64,000 nt of DNA from Lama guanicoe (taxonomy: Eukaryota), in the NCBI GenBank assembly GCA_013239625.1, contig MU054098.1, positions 1,346,042 to 1,410,041 on the forward strand. The letters are read 5' to 3'. Of this stretch, positions 26,627 to 38,884 are shown piece after piece. The notes beneath the pieces were generated by a model. It did not search any database. It was given only the letters and a program-made list of their open reading frames with translations, and was not told the origin of the DNA. Both the position numbers and the translations under genes were made by a program. Positions within the stretch are counted from its first letter, which is position 1. Each line of letters opens with the position of its first letter.

Positions 26627-29600
26627 GGTGGGGATTAAGATGGTGAAGCAGGAGGACATGGAGCTCACCTCCCCCGACAAACAGTTCAAAGATACATCTA
26701 CATGTGGAACAATTCTCACAGAAAGCTGGAAATTGGCAGAAGAACTCCTCAGACTCTAAAGGCAGCAAGAGAAAAAGAATTAGTTAAAGGGAACCTCCAT
26801 AAAGCTATCAGGGGATTTCACTGCAGAAACTTTGCAGGCTAGAAGAGAGTGACATGATATATTCAAAGTCCTGAAAGGGAAAAATTTAAATCCTAGGATA
26901 CTTTACCTATCAAGATTACCATTTAGAATAGAAGGAGAAAGAAAGAATTTCTCAGACAAGCAATAACTAAAAGAAATCAGCAATACTAAACCTGCCGGAA
27001 AAAAAAAAAAAGTTCTTCTCTAAATTGAAAAGAAGCAAGAATCTATAGGAAAGGGAAAATTACAATAGGAAAGGCAAATATATAAAAGGATTGAAGATCA
27101 CTGAAGTAAGTCAGTAAATATATTAAAACAGAATTAAATTATAAAAGCAATTATAACTACAATAAACAGTAAAAGGATAAGCATGGAGATGTAAAACAGC
27201 ACATCAAAATCATAAAGATGGAGAGTATAAAAATTTAGACTTTGGGAATGTGAATTTGTATGACTATCAGTTTAAAGCTAGTAGATATAGTTATGGGTCA
27301 ACATACTTGAACTCCATGATAACCACAAATCAAAAACATGATAGATTCACAAGAAACAAAAAGAAAGGAACTCAAGCATACTCCAAAAGCAAATTATCAA
27401 ACCACAAAAGGAACTAAAAAGAATAAGAAATGAATTTACAATTATAAAAACAACTGGAAAACAAGGATTAAAATGGCAATAAGAACATACCTATTGATAA
27501 TTATGTTAAATGTCAATGGACTAAATGTTCCAATCAAAAGATATACAGTGGTAGATTGGATAATAAAAGCAAGAAATTAAAATATGTTGTATACAAGAAG
27601 ATCACTTCAGAGTGGAAGACACAAATTGAAAATGATGGGATGGAAAAAGATATTTCACACAAATGGAAATGACAAGAAAGTGGGACTAACAACACTCGTA
27701 TCAGACAAAATAGACTTTAAAACAAAGGCCATAAAGAAAGTCAAAGAAGGGCATTATATAATGATAAACGGATCAATACAAGAGGAGAATATTATACTCA
27801 TTAACATATACACACCCAGTATAAGAGCACCTAAATATATAAAACAAATACTAACAGGCATAACAGGAGATATAGACAATAATACAATAATAGTAGGATA
27901 ATTTAACACCCCACTGGCATTAATAGATAGATCATCCAGACAGAAAAAAAATAAGGCAACAGAGGTCCTAAATACCACAAGAAACTAGTTTGACCTAACT
28001 GATAACACAATACACTACATCTAAAAAACCCAGAATACACATTCTTTTCAAGAGTACATGGAACGTTTTTAAGGATAAACCACATCCTAGATTACAAAAC
28101 AAGCCTCAACAAATTTAAGAGGATAGAAATTATTTCAAGCATCTTTTCTTAACAAAACAGTAAGAAACTAGAAATCAATCACAGGAAAAATAAATGGGAA
28201 AAGAATGAACAAATGGAGAGTAAACAATATGGCACTATAAAACCAAAGGGTCAATGATGAAATCAAAGAGGAAATCAGAAAATACCACAAGAAAAATAAC
28301 AATGCAAACAACCTTACAAAATCTTTGGGATGCAGCAAAAGCAGTTCTAAGAGGAAGTTCATAGCTATACAAGCCTTTCCCAAGAAATAAGAAAAATCTC
28401 AAACAATCTAACTTATCACCTAAAAGAGTTAGAAAAAGAAGTATAAACAAAACCCAAAGGTAGCAGAAGGAAGGAAATAATAAAGATCAACAGGGAAAAT
28501 TTTTTAAAAATACAAATCAAATAAATAATAGAAAATATCAATAAAACCAAGAGCTGTTTCTTGAAAAGATAAGCAAAATCAACAAACTTCTAGCCAGGCT
28601 CACCAAGAAGAAAAGAGAGAGGATCCAATAAACAAAATAAGAAATGAAGAGGAGACATTACAACCAATACTGCAGATATAAAAAAAAAATAATACTATGA
28701 ACAATTATATGGCAACAAATTGAATAACCTAAAAGAAATGGACAAGTTTCTAGGAAGAAACAGTTCACCAAAACTGAATCAAAAAGAAATAGATAATTTG
28801 AGGAGACTGATTACTAGAAGTGAAATAGAATCTATAATAAAAAGACTCCCTGTAAACAAACGTACAGGACTGGATGGCTTCACTGGGGAATTCTACCAAA
28901 CATACAAAGAAGAACTTATACTTCTCAAACTATTTCAAAAAATTGAAGAGGAGGGCACATTCCCAAATTCATTCTATGAGACCACCATCACCCTGATAAC
29001 AAAATCAGACAACAAGACTACAACAAAAGAAAATTACTGGCTAATGTCTTTGATGAATATAGATTGAAAAATCCTCAACAAAATATGAGCAAATCCAATC
29101 CAGCAATGCACAAAAAAGGATAACACACCATGATAAAGTTGAAATCACTCTAGGATTGCAAGCACAGTCCAACATACACAAATCAATCTATTTGATAGCA
29201 CCACATCAACAAAAGGAAGACATAACCCACAGGTCACCGAAGTGGCTAAGAGGGAACATATCTCAACGTAATAAAGATCATTTACAACAAACTCATAGCC
29301 AGCATAATACTCAATGGTGAAAAGCTAAAACCCTTCCCAATAAATTCAAGAACCAGACAAGGATGTCCACTCTCACCACTTCTATTCAACATACTATTGG
29401 AAATCCCAGGCACAGCAATTAGGCAAGAAAAAGAAATAAAAGAATTCCATCCACATTTGAAGGGAAGATGTAAAACTGTCACTATTTAAAAATGGCATGA
29501 TACTCTATATAGAGAACCCTAAGGTCTCCACATTAAACTATTATGATTAATAAATGAATTCAGCAAGGTAGCAGGTTATAAGGCTAATATACAGAAATCT

Positions 29601-31514
29601 ATTGCATTCCTTTACACTAATAATGAAATATCAGAAAGAGAAAGAAAAACAATCCCATTTAAAATCATGTCAAAAAATAAAATAAAATTCCTAGGAATAA
29701 ACTTAACCAAGGAGGTGAAAGACCTATACACTGAAAACTGCAAGACATTTATAAAGGAAATTGAAGATGATTCAAAGAAATGGAAGAAGGATATCCCATG
29801 TTCTTGGACTGGAAAAATTAGTATTGTTAAAATAGCCATATTACCCAAAGCAATCTACAGATTTAATTCAATCTCTACCAAAATGCCCATGATATTTTTT
29901 TTAACAAAACTAGAACAAATAATCCTAAAATTTATATGGAATCACAAGACTCTGAATTGCCAAAGCATTCCTGAGGAAAAAGAAGAAAGCTAGAAGTATA
30001 ACTGTTCCAGACTTCAGACTATGCCACAAAGCTTCAGTAATCAAAACAGTATGGTACCAACACAAAAACAGATATATAGATCAATGGAACAGAATAGAGA
30101 ACCCAGAAATAAAACCACACACCTATAGTCAATCTGCAACAAAGGAGGCAAGAATATAAGATGGAGAAAAGAAAGTCTCTTCAACAAGTGGTGTTATCAA
30201 AACTGGACAGCTACATGTAAACCAATGAAACTAGAACATTCCCTCACACCATATACAAAAATAAACTCAAAATGGTTTAAAGACCTAAATTGAAGATATA
30301 ACACCATAAAACTCCTAGAACAGAACATAGGCAAAACAATCTTTGCCATAAATCATAGTAATATTTTCTTAGATCAGTCTCCCAAGGCAAAAGAAATAAA
30401 AGCAAAAATAAACAAATGGGACCTAATTAAATTAGAAGCTTTGTACGGCAAGGGAAACCATGAACAAAATTAAAATGCAACCTACAGAATGGGAGAAAAT
30501 GTTTGCAAACAATGCTACCAACAAGAGGTTAATTTTCAAAATATAAAAACTACTCATACAGCTCAATATCAAAAAAACAACCCAATAAACAAATAAGAAG
30601 ACCTAAATCGACATTTTTCCAAAGAAAATATACAGATGGCAAACAGGCACATGAAAAGATGCTCAATAACACTAATTATTAGAGAAATGCAAACCCAAAC
30701 CCCAATGAGGTATTACCTCACACTGGTCAAAATGACTATCATCAAAAAGTCTACAAATCATAAATGCTGGGGAGGGTGTGGAGAAAAAGGAACCCTCATA
30801 TGCTGCTGGTGCAAATGTAAATTGGTGTAGCCACTATGGAGAATAGTATGGAGGTTCCTTAAAAAAATTAAAAACAGAGTTACCATATGATCCAGCAATC
30901 CCCCTGCTGGGCATACATCTGGAGAAAACACTAATTAGACAAGATACAGGCACCCCAAAGCTCACAGCAGTATTATTTACAGTAGCCAAGGCAAGGAAAC
31001 AAGCCACATGCTCAATAACACTAATAAGTATCATTATCCATCAACAGACAAATGGATAAAGAAGAAGAAAAGGTGGAATATATATGTACACACACATATT
31101 TATACATACATACACACAACGGAATATTACTCAGCCATAAAAAGAATGAAATATTGTCATTTGCAGCAATATGGATGGACCTAGAGTATGTTATACTTAG
31201 TGAAGTAAGTCATACAAAAACAAATACTATATGATATCACTTATATGTGAAATCTAAAAAATACTACAAAGGGGAAGGGGAGGTGGGAAATAAATTAGGA
31301 GTTTGGGATTAACAGACACAAACTACTGTACATAAAATAGGTAAGCAATAAGGATTATACCTATTGTACAGAGAATTATATTCAATATCTTGTAATAACC
31401 TACAATGGAATATAGTCAGAAAAATAAATAAATATCTGAATCACCATGCTGTATACCTGAAACACAATATTGTAAAGCAACTATACTTCAAATAAAAGTA
31501 GTTTTTCATAAAAT
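26627..31514 (+). mobile_element. LINE-1 with intact 5' tip, large 5'UTR/ORF1 deletion, full-span but dead ORF2 and 3' UTR
   Basis: The 5' tip (aagatggtgaagcaggaggacatggagctcacctcc) is homologous to 41742 onward. ORF1 C-terminus from about 26760. ORF2 ATG at 27473. aataaa at about 31491. Probable TSD AGAAATTTTC (26617-26626) / AGAATTTTC (31516-31524). Confidence 0.93.
27473..31256 (+). pseudogene. L1 ORF2 (endonuclease/reverse transcriptase) remnant
   Basis: ORF-track pieces 27584-27901 (SDKIDFKTK...GHYIMINGSIQEE), 28720-29067 ([17 protein letters not shown]) and 29667-29993 ([14 protein letters not shown]...DIPCSWTG). Many stops and frameshifts. The catalytic FADD reads FKNG at about 29485-29496. 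Confidence 0.92.
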
Positions 31515-31529
31515 GAGAATTTTCCAAAT

Positions 31530-32720
31530 ATATAAAAGTTTAAAAATAAAGTTTAAAAAAATCAACAATCTCTCCAAATTAAACAAAAGCAGTTAAATAA
31601 CAAAAATAACATAAATTAAGGATACAAAAAATCATATAAACAAATCAACAAAGCTAAATTTTTAAAATATACTAACAGTAAGAAACCCCTGGCAGTTTAA
31701 TGGACAAAAAATGAGTACAGAGACACAAAAAAACCTAGTAATTATATATTGGACAGAAACGTTAAGTACAGAGTTCACAAATACCAAGTGGTTACACAGC
31801 TAAAATGAGAGGAAAATACAGTACACTCAATGGGAGAAGATGGTGCCTTCTATATAACTAAAAAGTATCATTATCCATGATATATAAAGTATTTCTACAA
31901 ATCGATAAACAACCTAGTAGAGAGAAAAAAGTCAAAAGACTTGAAAAGGCATTTCACAGAATATGGAAAAGAAATGGACAATGAAATCCTATGAACAGAT
32001 GCATACACTTATTAGATAACCTGGAAAATGTGTATTAAAATCATATCATTGTACACCCACCAGATAGGCAAAGATTAGAAGTCTGACACTGATGTTGATT
32101 TGTGAGGATGCAGAACCTCTAGACCTGTATTGCAGTGCTTGTCAGAGTGTCAATTATTAGAACCATTTTGAAAACATAACATTTAACATTATCTAGTAAA
32201 GTTGATAATACACATATCATTTGATGTAACAATCCCATTTATAGATATAGACCTCAGAGAAATTCTCATATATAAAGACAATGTGACATGCAGAAGGATG
32301 TGCACAGCAGTGATGCTGGAAACAAAACATTAGAAACAATCACATTTATATCAAAAGCAAAATTGATAAATAAATTGTATTTATACAATGGAAAGCAGCA
32401 TAGCAGTGAAAGTGAAAGACGTGCAGCTCTATGTCTCAATACGTAGTGGGTGAATCTCAAAGTTGAATGGATAAAGCAACTTACAGAAGAATACACACAG
32501 TTAGATCCTATTTCTACAATTTACATGCCTGAAAAATTAAACAGTATACTGATTTGGGATACATATCCACATGGTAAACTTAAAATAAATATCAAAGCAA
32601 TTAAGAGCAATATTTAGGACAGTCATCACCTCAGAGAGGGAAGGAGGCAGAGGAATATGATCAAAGAAGGGTACACAAAGTGATTCAAAGGTACTCATAA
32701 TTTGGCATTTTGTATGCTGC
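31530..32720 (+). mobile_element. Ancient L1ME-like ORF2 and 3' fragments (probable host of the L1 at 26627)
   Basis: caaaagacttgaaaaggcatttcacaga; tgtacacccaccagataggcaaag; tttatacaatggaaagcagcatagcagtgaaa. Confidence 0.75.
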
Positions 32721-34059
32721 AAACAGTGCTTTTTAGATTTTTTTCATCAATTATAAGTAATAAAATGTTTCACACATTTCATACTAAAATACAAAGCATT
32801 ATAAAGTATATTATCTGAAACTGTCCAGAGTTTACTTCAAATTTCTTAATGTTTGGTGAATGCTTTTACTAACAAGTCCATATTAAAAGTATACTGGAAA
32901 ATTAAGAGATTATTGTATGAGTTGATTCTAAAATGACCTTGATTCACCTTCCTTTAGCTAATATGTTCATCTGTTCAGCCTGTTCAGTAAGATATGTCTG
33001 TTAACTACCATACATGAGCTGCTGCTTCCAGGTTGAAAAGGAAGATGACACTGGTAATGCTGTGTTCCACACAACTAGCTTTCTACATGCCTTTTCCTTT
33101 TCATTCTGACCTAAAATGGACATTTCGCTTGAGATGAGTCTCCTTTTTGATTAAGGATAACATGTTATCGTCACAAAGTCACTGAACCAGAACTGCTAAG
33201 GATCCCACCCTGGAGATGCTAAGTAAAGTTGTATTTATTTGATATGCTCATGTTTTCTCTGCATATTTCAAGGCACTTCCAAATAACTACACCAATAATT
33301 ACTATCTGTTATTAAAAATCCACTTACTCTTTTTTCCCAGTGAGCTGAAATCAGGTTTAAAAGAGATATTATGCAAGAAAAACATCCCCTAGAAGTTGTT
33401 TCTGAAAAATTAACTTTGGTGATTCAGAGATCCTCTGGGATATTAAATTGCAACAATAACCTCCAAAGGCATACCTCTAAATTCCCCCACTAATATACCT
33501 GAAATTAAATCAAGTGAATCATGCTTTCCCTGATAGTTATATTATTTTAGTAAGGTTAATCTTTAAGTAGAAAAAATTAGTGGTTAATGTTGGTACTATC
33601 ATTCCTATAAAATAATCATTTTCAGGACTTGAACATGGGCAATGCCATTTTTTAAAAATCCAGTCCAATTTAAAAATGGTATTTCTGATATTTCTCCACA
33701 GAGTAAAATAAAGTGACATTCTTTTAAAAAAATCTAAATATCAAATAAAGAAGTCCAGTTTCCAATCTGTTATAAATCTGAAACTAACTTAGCAGGAAAC
33801 AAGAAGTCCAAGATTGCAATGTAGGGAGGGAAAGAAAAGAAATTGCTAATAGGAGTAAATTAGAGAAAGAAAGTAGTCATATTCTTCAAGACTCCTGCCA
33901 CCTGCTAATCAGGCTGTTGAAGAATTTCAGCTCTCTCTCAAGGAGTGCTTTCTCCTTAATGTCTAAAATTTTGTCTCCCATCCCATCTGCATCTTATAAC
34001 TTCATTCAGCATGTTTAGGGACATAAACATCATGTATATCTTACAGCTTGTTATTGTAT

Positions 34060-34315
34060 CGTGCTGATATTCAAAATCAATCTTATCTTTGGTGATAGAA
34101 ATCAGAATAGTATTTGCATGGTGATGGAGGGTAGCAGGGCAAGGTTATTGACTGGAAATATTTGTGAGGGACCTTTCTGGGGTAATGGATATGTTTGTTC
34201 TTTATTTGATCTGAGTGAGAGTAAGACATGCATACTTATAAAAATTAATTGATCTATATACTTAAGATTTTATTTCACTCTACGTAAATTTTACCTCAGT
34301 AAAGTATTAGTAAAA
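34060..34315 (+). mobile_element. L1ME-like 3' end fragment
   Basis: ggtgatagaaatcagaatagt...gagggacctttctggggtaatgg...aaattttacctcagtaaa. Confidence 0.7.
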
Positions 34316-34738
34316 AAGAGAAAATAAATTAGAGTATCTTGATTCACAGTTTCCCATTATATTTAGGATAAAATCCAAATATCTTACCAGGGTTTGTGGA
34401 ATTCTAGGCAATCTTGTTCCTATGTCTCTTCCATCTTTCTTCCTTTTTCCTTTGCTTACTTTGTTTTTGCCATGTGGTTCTTGCTGTTCTTTAAAATTTC
34501 ACACCAGGCCTATTTACCTATCTTGGGGTCTTTCTATTTGCTGTTCATTCTTTCTGGAACCCTTTCCTTCCAGATAATTGCATGATCTGACTCCCTCATT
34601 TCACTGAGGTTTCTGAGCAAAGTCACCTTCTCATAGAGGTCTTTCCTAGCCACTCTCCCCTTAGAGTACTTTATTTTTTATAGCATGTGTTGGTATCCCA
34701 CATTATATATTCATTTGTTTATTGTTTATTGTCTCCAC

Positions 34739-35909
34739 TGTCGTTGTTAAGATTAGGCCAATTGATACAGAAGCAGACCCAAACAAAAAGGGAACCCTCC
34801 TACACTGTTGGTGGGACTGTGAACTGATGCAGCCACTATGGAAAACAGTGCTGAGGTTTCTTAAAAAACTAAAAAAGAGCTACCATATTATCCAGCAATC
34901 TCATTCCTGGACACATATCCAGAAAAGATGAAAACTCTAATTCAAAAAGATCCATGCACCCCCAATGTTCATAGCAGCACTATTTACAATAGTCAAAATG
35001 TACAAAAAACCCAAGTCCCCATCAACAGAACAAATAAAGAAAACATGGTGCGCACACACACATACAATGGAATATTACTCAGTCATAAAAAGAATGAAAT
35101 ATTGCCATTTGCAGCAACATGGATGGACCTAGAGAATATCATCCTAAATGAAGTAAGGCAGAGAAAGACAAATATTGTATGGTATCACTTATATGTGGAA
35201 TCTAAAAATGATACGAATGAATCTATATATAAAAGAGAAAGACTCACAGACGTAAAAAACAAATTTAGGGTTACCAAAGGGGAAAAGGGGAGAGGGATAA
35301 ATTAGGAGTTTGGGATTAATAGATACAAACTACAATACATAAAATAGTTAAGTAACAAGGATTTACTGTATAGCACAGGGAAATATATTCAATATCTTAT
35401 AATAACCTATAATGGAAAAATAATCTGAAAAAACACACTTAAGTATCATTTTGCTATACACCTGAAACTAACACAATATTGTAAATCAATTATATGTCAA
35501 TTAAAAACTGAAGTGAATAAAACTTTTAAAATTTAAAAAGAAATAGACCTAAACATGTGCTGTTTCAATAGAACTTTATTTCTGGTTCACTGGCTGTTTA
35601 GATTTCACTGTTGGCTCATCTCTCTTCAGGGGCACCTTCCGTCTTCTTGATTTATAATCCCATAGAACCTCATTGTCTTCTGCGTCCAGCTGGGGATGCA
35701 GCTGGATGCATCAAAGAAAGAGCATGTGGGAGAACACATGGATGATTTTTATTGACCAGACCTCAATTTGTCACACTTCACTTTTACTTACACACTCTGT
35801 TGGATACAATTGTCATATGTCCATCCAAATACAAGGCAGATTGGAAAATATTGTCTAGATATATGCCAGAAAGAATAGAAAATGGTGATCAACTAGCAGT
35901 TTCACCACA
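34739..35909 (-). mobile_element. Old MaLR LTR (MLT1J/K-like), interrupted by the L1 at 34786-35538
   Basis: tgtcgttgttaagattagg...agacccaaaca | tgtgctgtttcaatagaactttatttc...caactagcagtttcaccaca. Confidence 0.6.
34786..35538 (+). mobile_element. 5'-truncated L1 3' end
   Basis: 17-bp TSD AGAAGCAGACCCAAACA (34769-34785) / AGAAATAGACCTAAACA (35539-35555), 3 mismatches. ORF2 C-terminal FAATWMDLENIIL. Confidence 0.9.
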
Positions 35910-37419
35910 TTATTTCAATTGAAATGCATGTCTCATGATGGCAAGGACCTTGCACGCTGCAGTATGCTTAACACCTAAAACAGTGATAGTACATATCATC
36001 ATTTAATAAATATTTTCTGAGTGGATGAATAGATTTCATGAAACAGTATAGTGAGTTACACTGTTTGAAAGGAAGAAGCTCCACATTTACTCAGTTCCTC
36101 TAATTTTGATCACAGATATTGCTGGGATGTGCCATCCACCAATGAGTATCACTATGAGCTCCATGCTACTCCTCTCACTCTACTCACACATCCTCCCAAA
36201 TACAGGGAAGAAAATATACATTTCTTATGCCATAGAGCTCAGGTGTACATATATTTCCTTTGTCTATGACTCAAAGCAGCCTATAGTCTGAGCTTCCATT
36301 CCACTTGAAAATAGAAAATATAATCTTAGTCAATTCTAGCTAAACTGATTAATATCCTGTTTGAACCCAGTTAGTGTGGGATTTCTCTCTCCTCTCTCTT
36401 CCTAGTGACATCTTTGTTCCAGGAAGCTTATGTAATGTCATGAAGTTTGGTCCCTAGTTGGCATCTTTTCATACTGCACTCTCTGAGATCATCTAGTCTA
36501 GTTCTTGTCTGTCGTTACTCCTCCACATTGACATGTGTCAAGGTGTCCTCATTCCCATATGCTCTATGCAGTTTTCCTCTGCAGAATCTTCTCATTACAA
36601 GTGCAAGACCCCTTCAGGTCTGTCAACCTGTTCTTTTTTTTTTTTTTCAGCTATTTTCAGTCTTGGAAAAAAATTGGCTTCCTTATACTTATATTTTGGA
36701 TATGAAGAAAACTCAGCAGGACTACTCCAGGGACCGTCTTATCATGCAGTATTTCTAATCTACTGTTCTCTTGTTGCCTCTCAAGGTTCCAGATAAGGAG
36801 AACACAGGTCCCCTCTACCCCAGGATTACTGGATTTAGATATTCCATTAGCATGGATGTCTATAACTTGCCTTTCTACACTGTATTTTCCACTCTTCCCT
36901 TCTCCAACTCTCTTATCTCTTTTCCTTCAATCTGTGGAATCTTCATTAAATTTAAGGCAGGATAATATTTTTATACAGCCTTTGCAATTTTTATGTTTGT
37001 GGTATAAATGCTGTGCCCAAACTCCCTCACACTTTAAATTTTTGAAATGCAAAAATTCTAGCAATTAAAACTTGAAAAAACTGTTTTCATAAACTAATGT
37101 ATCTTTCAAGAACATTTATATTGCAACCTCACTTCCCTAAGGCAGTAAGGGTGGAATGCTATAATCTCCTGGGCAGGGAAACAATATAGTAAAAGGATAT
37201 TTGGGGCCAGAGAGATATATATTGCTTAATATTTCCAAATATTATATATCAACAAAAATACACACATACACACATAAAATTATCATGAATAGTGATATCT
37301 TCTTTGATGTAGAAAATAATTCATAAAAATAGAAAAGTACAACCTTTGTGTGTTCATGTTAGTGATTGTGGTGGTCATGCTGGGGTGCTTATGGGATGAC
37401 TATGTTTGCACATATTGAC

Positions 37420-38270
37420 AGCAGTGAATTCAGATTTTGTAGTGCTTGAAGCATACAATTTTGGGGCCCTCTTTTAAGAAAAATAATATAGAATTAGAAA
37501 TACAAAATTCATTATGAAAATTAGCATTTATAATATTAAGAGTGAAAAAGAAGTCAATAGAAATTACAAATCTAAAAAGCTGATGGTATCAGGATTCTCC
37601 AGAGAAACAGTAGGATATACATAGATATTTATGAGGAGATTTATTATAGAAACTGCCTTATACAGTTATGGAAAACAAGAAGCCCTACAATCTGCCATCT
37701 ACAAGCTAGAGAACCAGGAAAGACGGTAGTGTAATTCAGTCCAAGTTCCAAGGCCTGAGAATCAGGGGAGCTGATACTTGGCTACCAGTTGAAGGCCCAG
37801 GACCTGACAACTGGGGGAGGGGAGAAGGACCATGGTGTAAATCCAAGTATCCAAACAGCTGGGAACCAGGAGGCCCAGTGTCTGAGGACAAGAGAAGATG
37901 GATGTGCTAGCTCAAGAAGAAAGAGAGAGTTCCTCTTTCCTCTTTCTTGTTGTTCTACCTAGCTTTCTACAGACTAGATGATGCCCACCCACATTAGTGA
38001 AGGTGGATCCCTTTACTCAGTCTACTGACTCAAATGCTAATCTCTTCCAGAAACCACCTTCACAGATACACCCAGATATAATGTTTACTAGCTACCTTGG
38101 TATCCCTTAGCTGAGTCCAATTGACACATAAAATTAATCATGATACTGAGAAATAATAAATAACAACTTCAGAAAAAATATTTAAAATTTATATTAACTG
38201 CTTAGTATACCTATTTTATATATTTTTTACCATACTTTTTGGCTGAAAATTGCTTAATAACTTATTTTTT
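37420..38270. mobile_element. MER53/MamRep-like hAT-related DNA transposon remnant, split by MLT2
   Basis: gaagcatacaattttggggccctcttttaagaaaaataatatagaatta resembles the MER53-group start. The right part and boundary are uncertain. Confidence 0.5.
37584..38145 (-). mobile_element. MLT2B-like ERVL solo LTR
   Basis: caggattctccagagaaacag...gatgcccacccacattagtgaaggtggatc...ttgacacataaaattaatcat. Confidence 0.85.
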
Positions 38271-38334
38271 TACACTCCTTGTAGTGCCTAGCAGTGTCTT
38301 TCAAGGCCCAGTACATAGGGGGTACTTTAAAAAT

Positions 38335-38880
38335 ACGTTTATTAAAGTATAATTCTTTTGGCGTATGAGTTTTGACAAATGTATACTGTCATATAAATCT
38401 CACCAAAATCAACATACAGAATATTTCTTTCATCACAAAAAGTTCTCTCATGCCCTATCTTAGTCTGTTTGGGCTGCTGTAACAAAATACTATGGCCTGG
38501 TGGCTTATAAACAACATAAATATATTTCCCTCAGCTCTAGATACGGGCATTCCAAGATCAAGTTTCAGGCTAATTCTGTGCTTGGTGAGATCCTACTTCC
38601 TAGATGGCTGTCTTTTCACAGTAACTTCATATGGTGGAAGAGGCAAGGGCGCCTTCCTGGACGTCTTTTATAAGGGAACTAATTTCATTTATGAAGGCTC
38701 TACCCCCATGATCTAATCATCTATACAATGCCCCACCTCCTAATACCATCACCTTGAGGTATAAGATTTCAATATACAAATTTGAGGGGAATATAAGCAT
38801 TTACATCATAGCATGCCCTTTGAAGCTAAAATCTCCTCTCATTCCTAGTATCTAGCAACCATTTGTATATCTCTGTCTCC
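38335..38880 (-). mobile_element. Antisense L1MB/MC 3' end, split by MLT1A
   Basis: atgagttttgacaaatgtata...aagttctctcatgccc | tttgaagctaaaatctcc...gcaaccatttg. Confidence 0.7.
38456..38813 (-). mobile_element. MLT1A-like MaLR solo LTR
   Basis: tcttagtctgtttgggctgctgtaacaaaatac...catcatagca. Perfect 5-bp TSD TGCCC at 38451-38455 and 38814-38818. Confidence 0.9.
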
Positions 38881-38884
38881 ATAA

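Larger units (their letters stand above)
34345..36030 (+). mobile_element. L2 3' region split by a MaLR LTR, which is itself split by an L1
   Basis: L2 at 34345-34738 (ggataaaatccaaa...aaagtcaccttctcatagaggtctttcc) resumes at about 35920-36030 (ggcaaggacctt...aataaatattttctgagtggatgaat). Confidence 0.75.

Noticed and set aside
27473..31256. Active L1 reverse transcriptase CDS
   Set aside because: Many stops and frameshifts, a deletion near 29230, and a destroyed FADD motif.
36420..37070. Overlapping ORFs of 64-103 aa
   Set aside because: No protein resemblance. A poly(T) run interrupts them. Possibly an ancient repeat I cannot assign.
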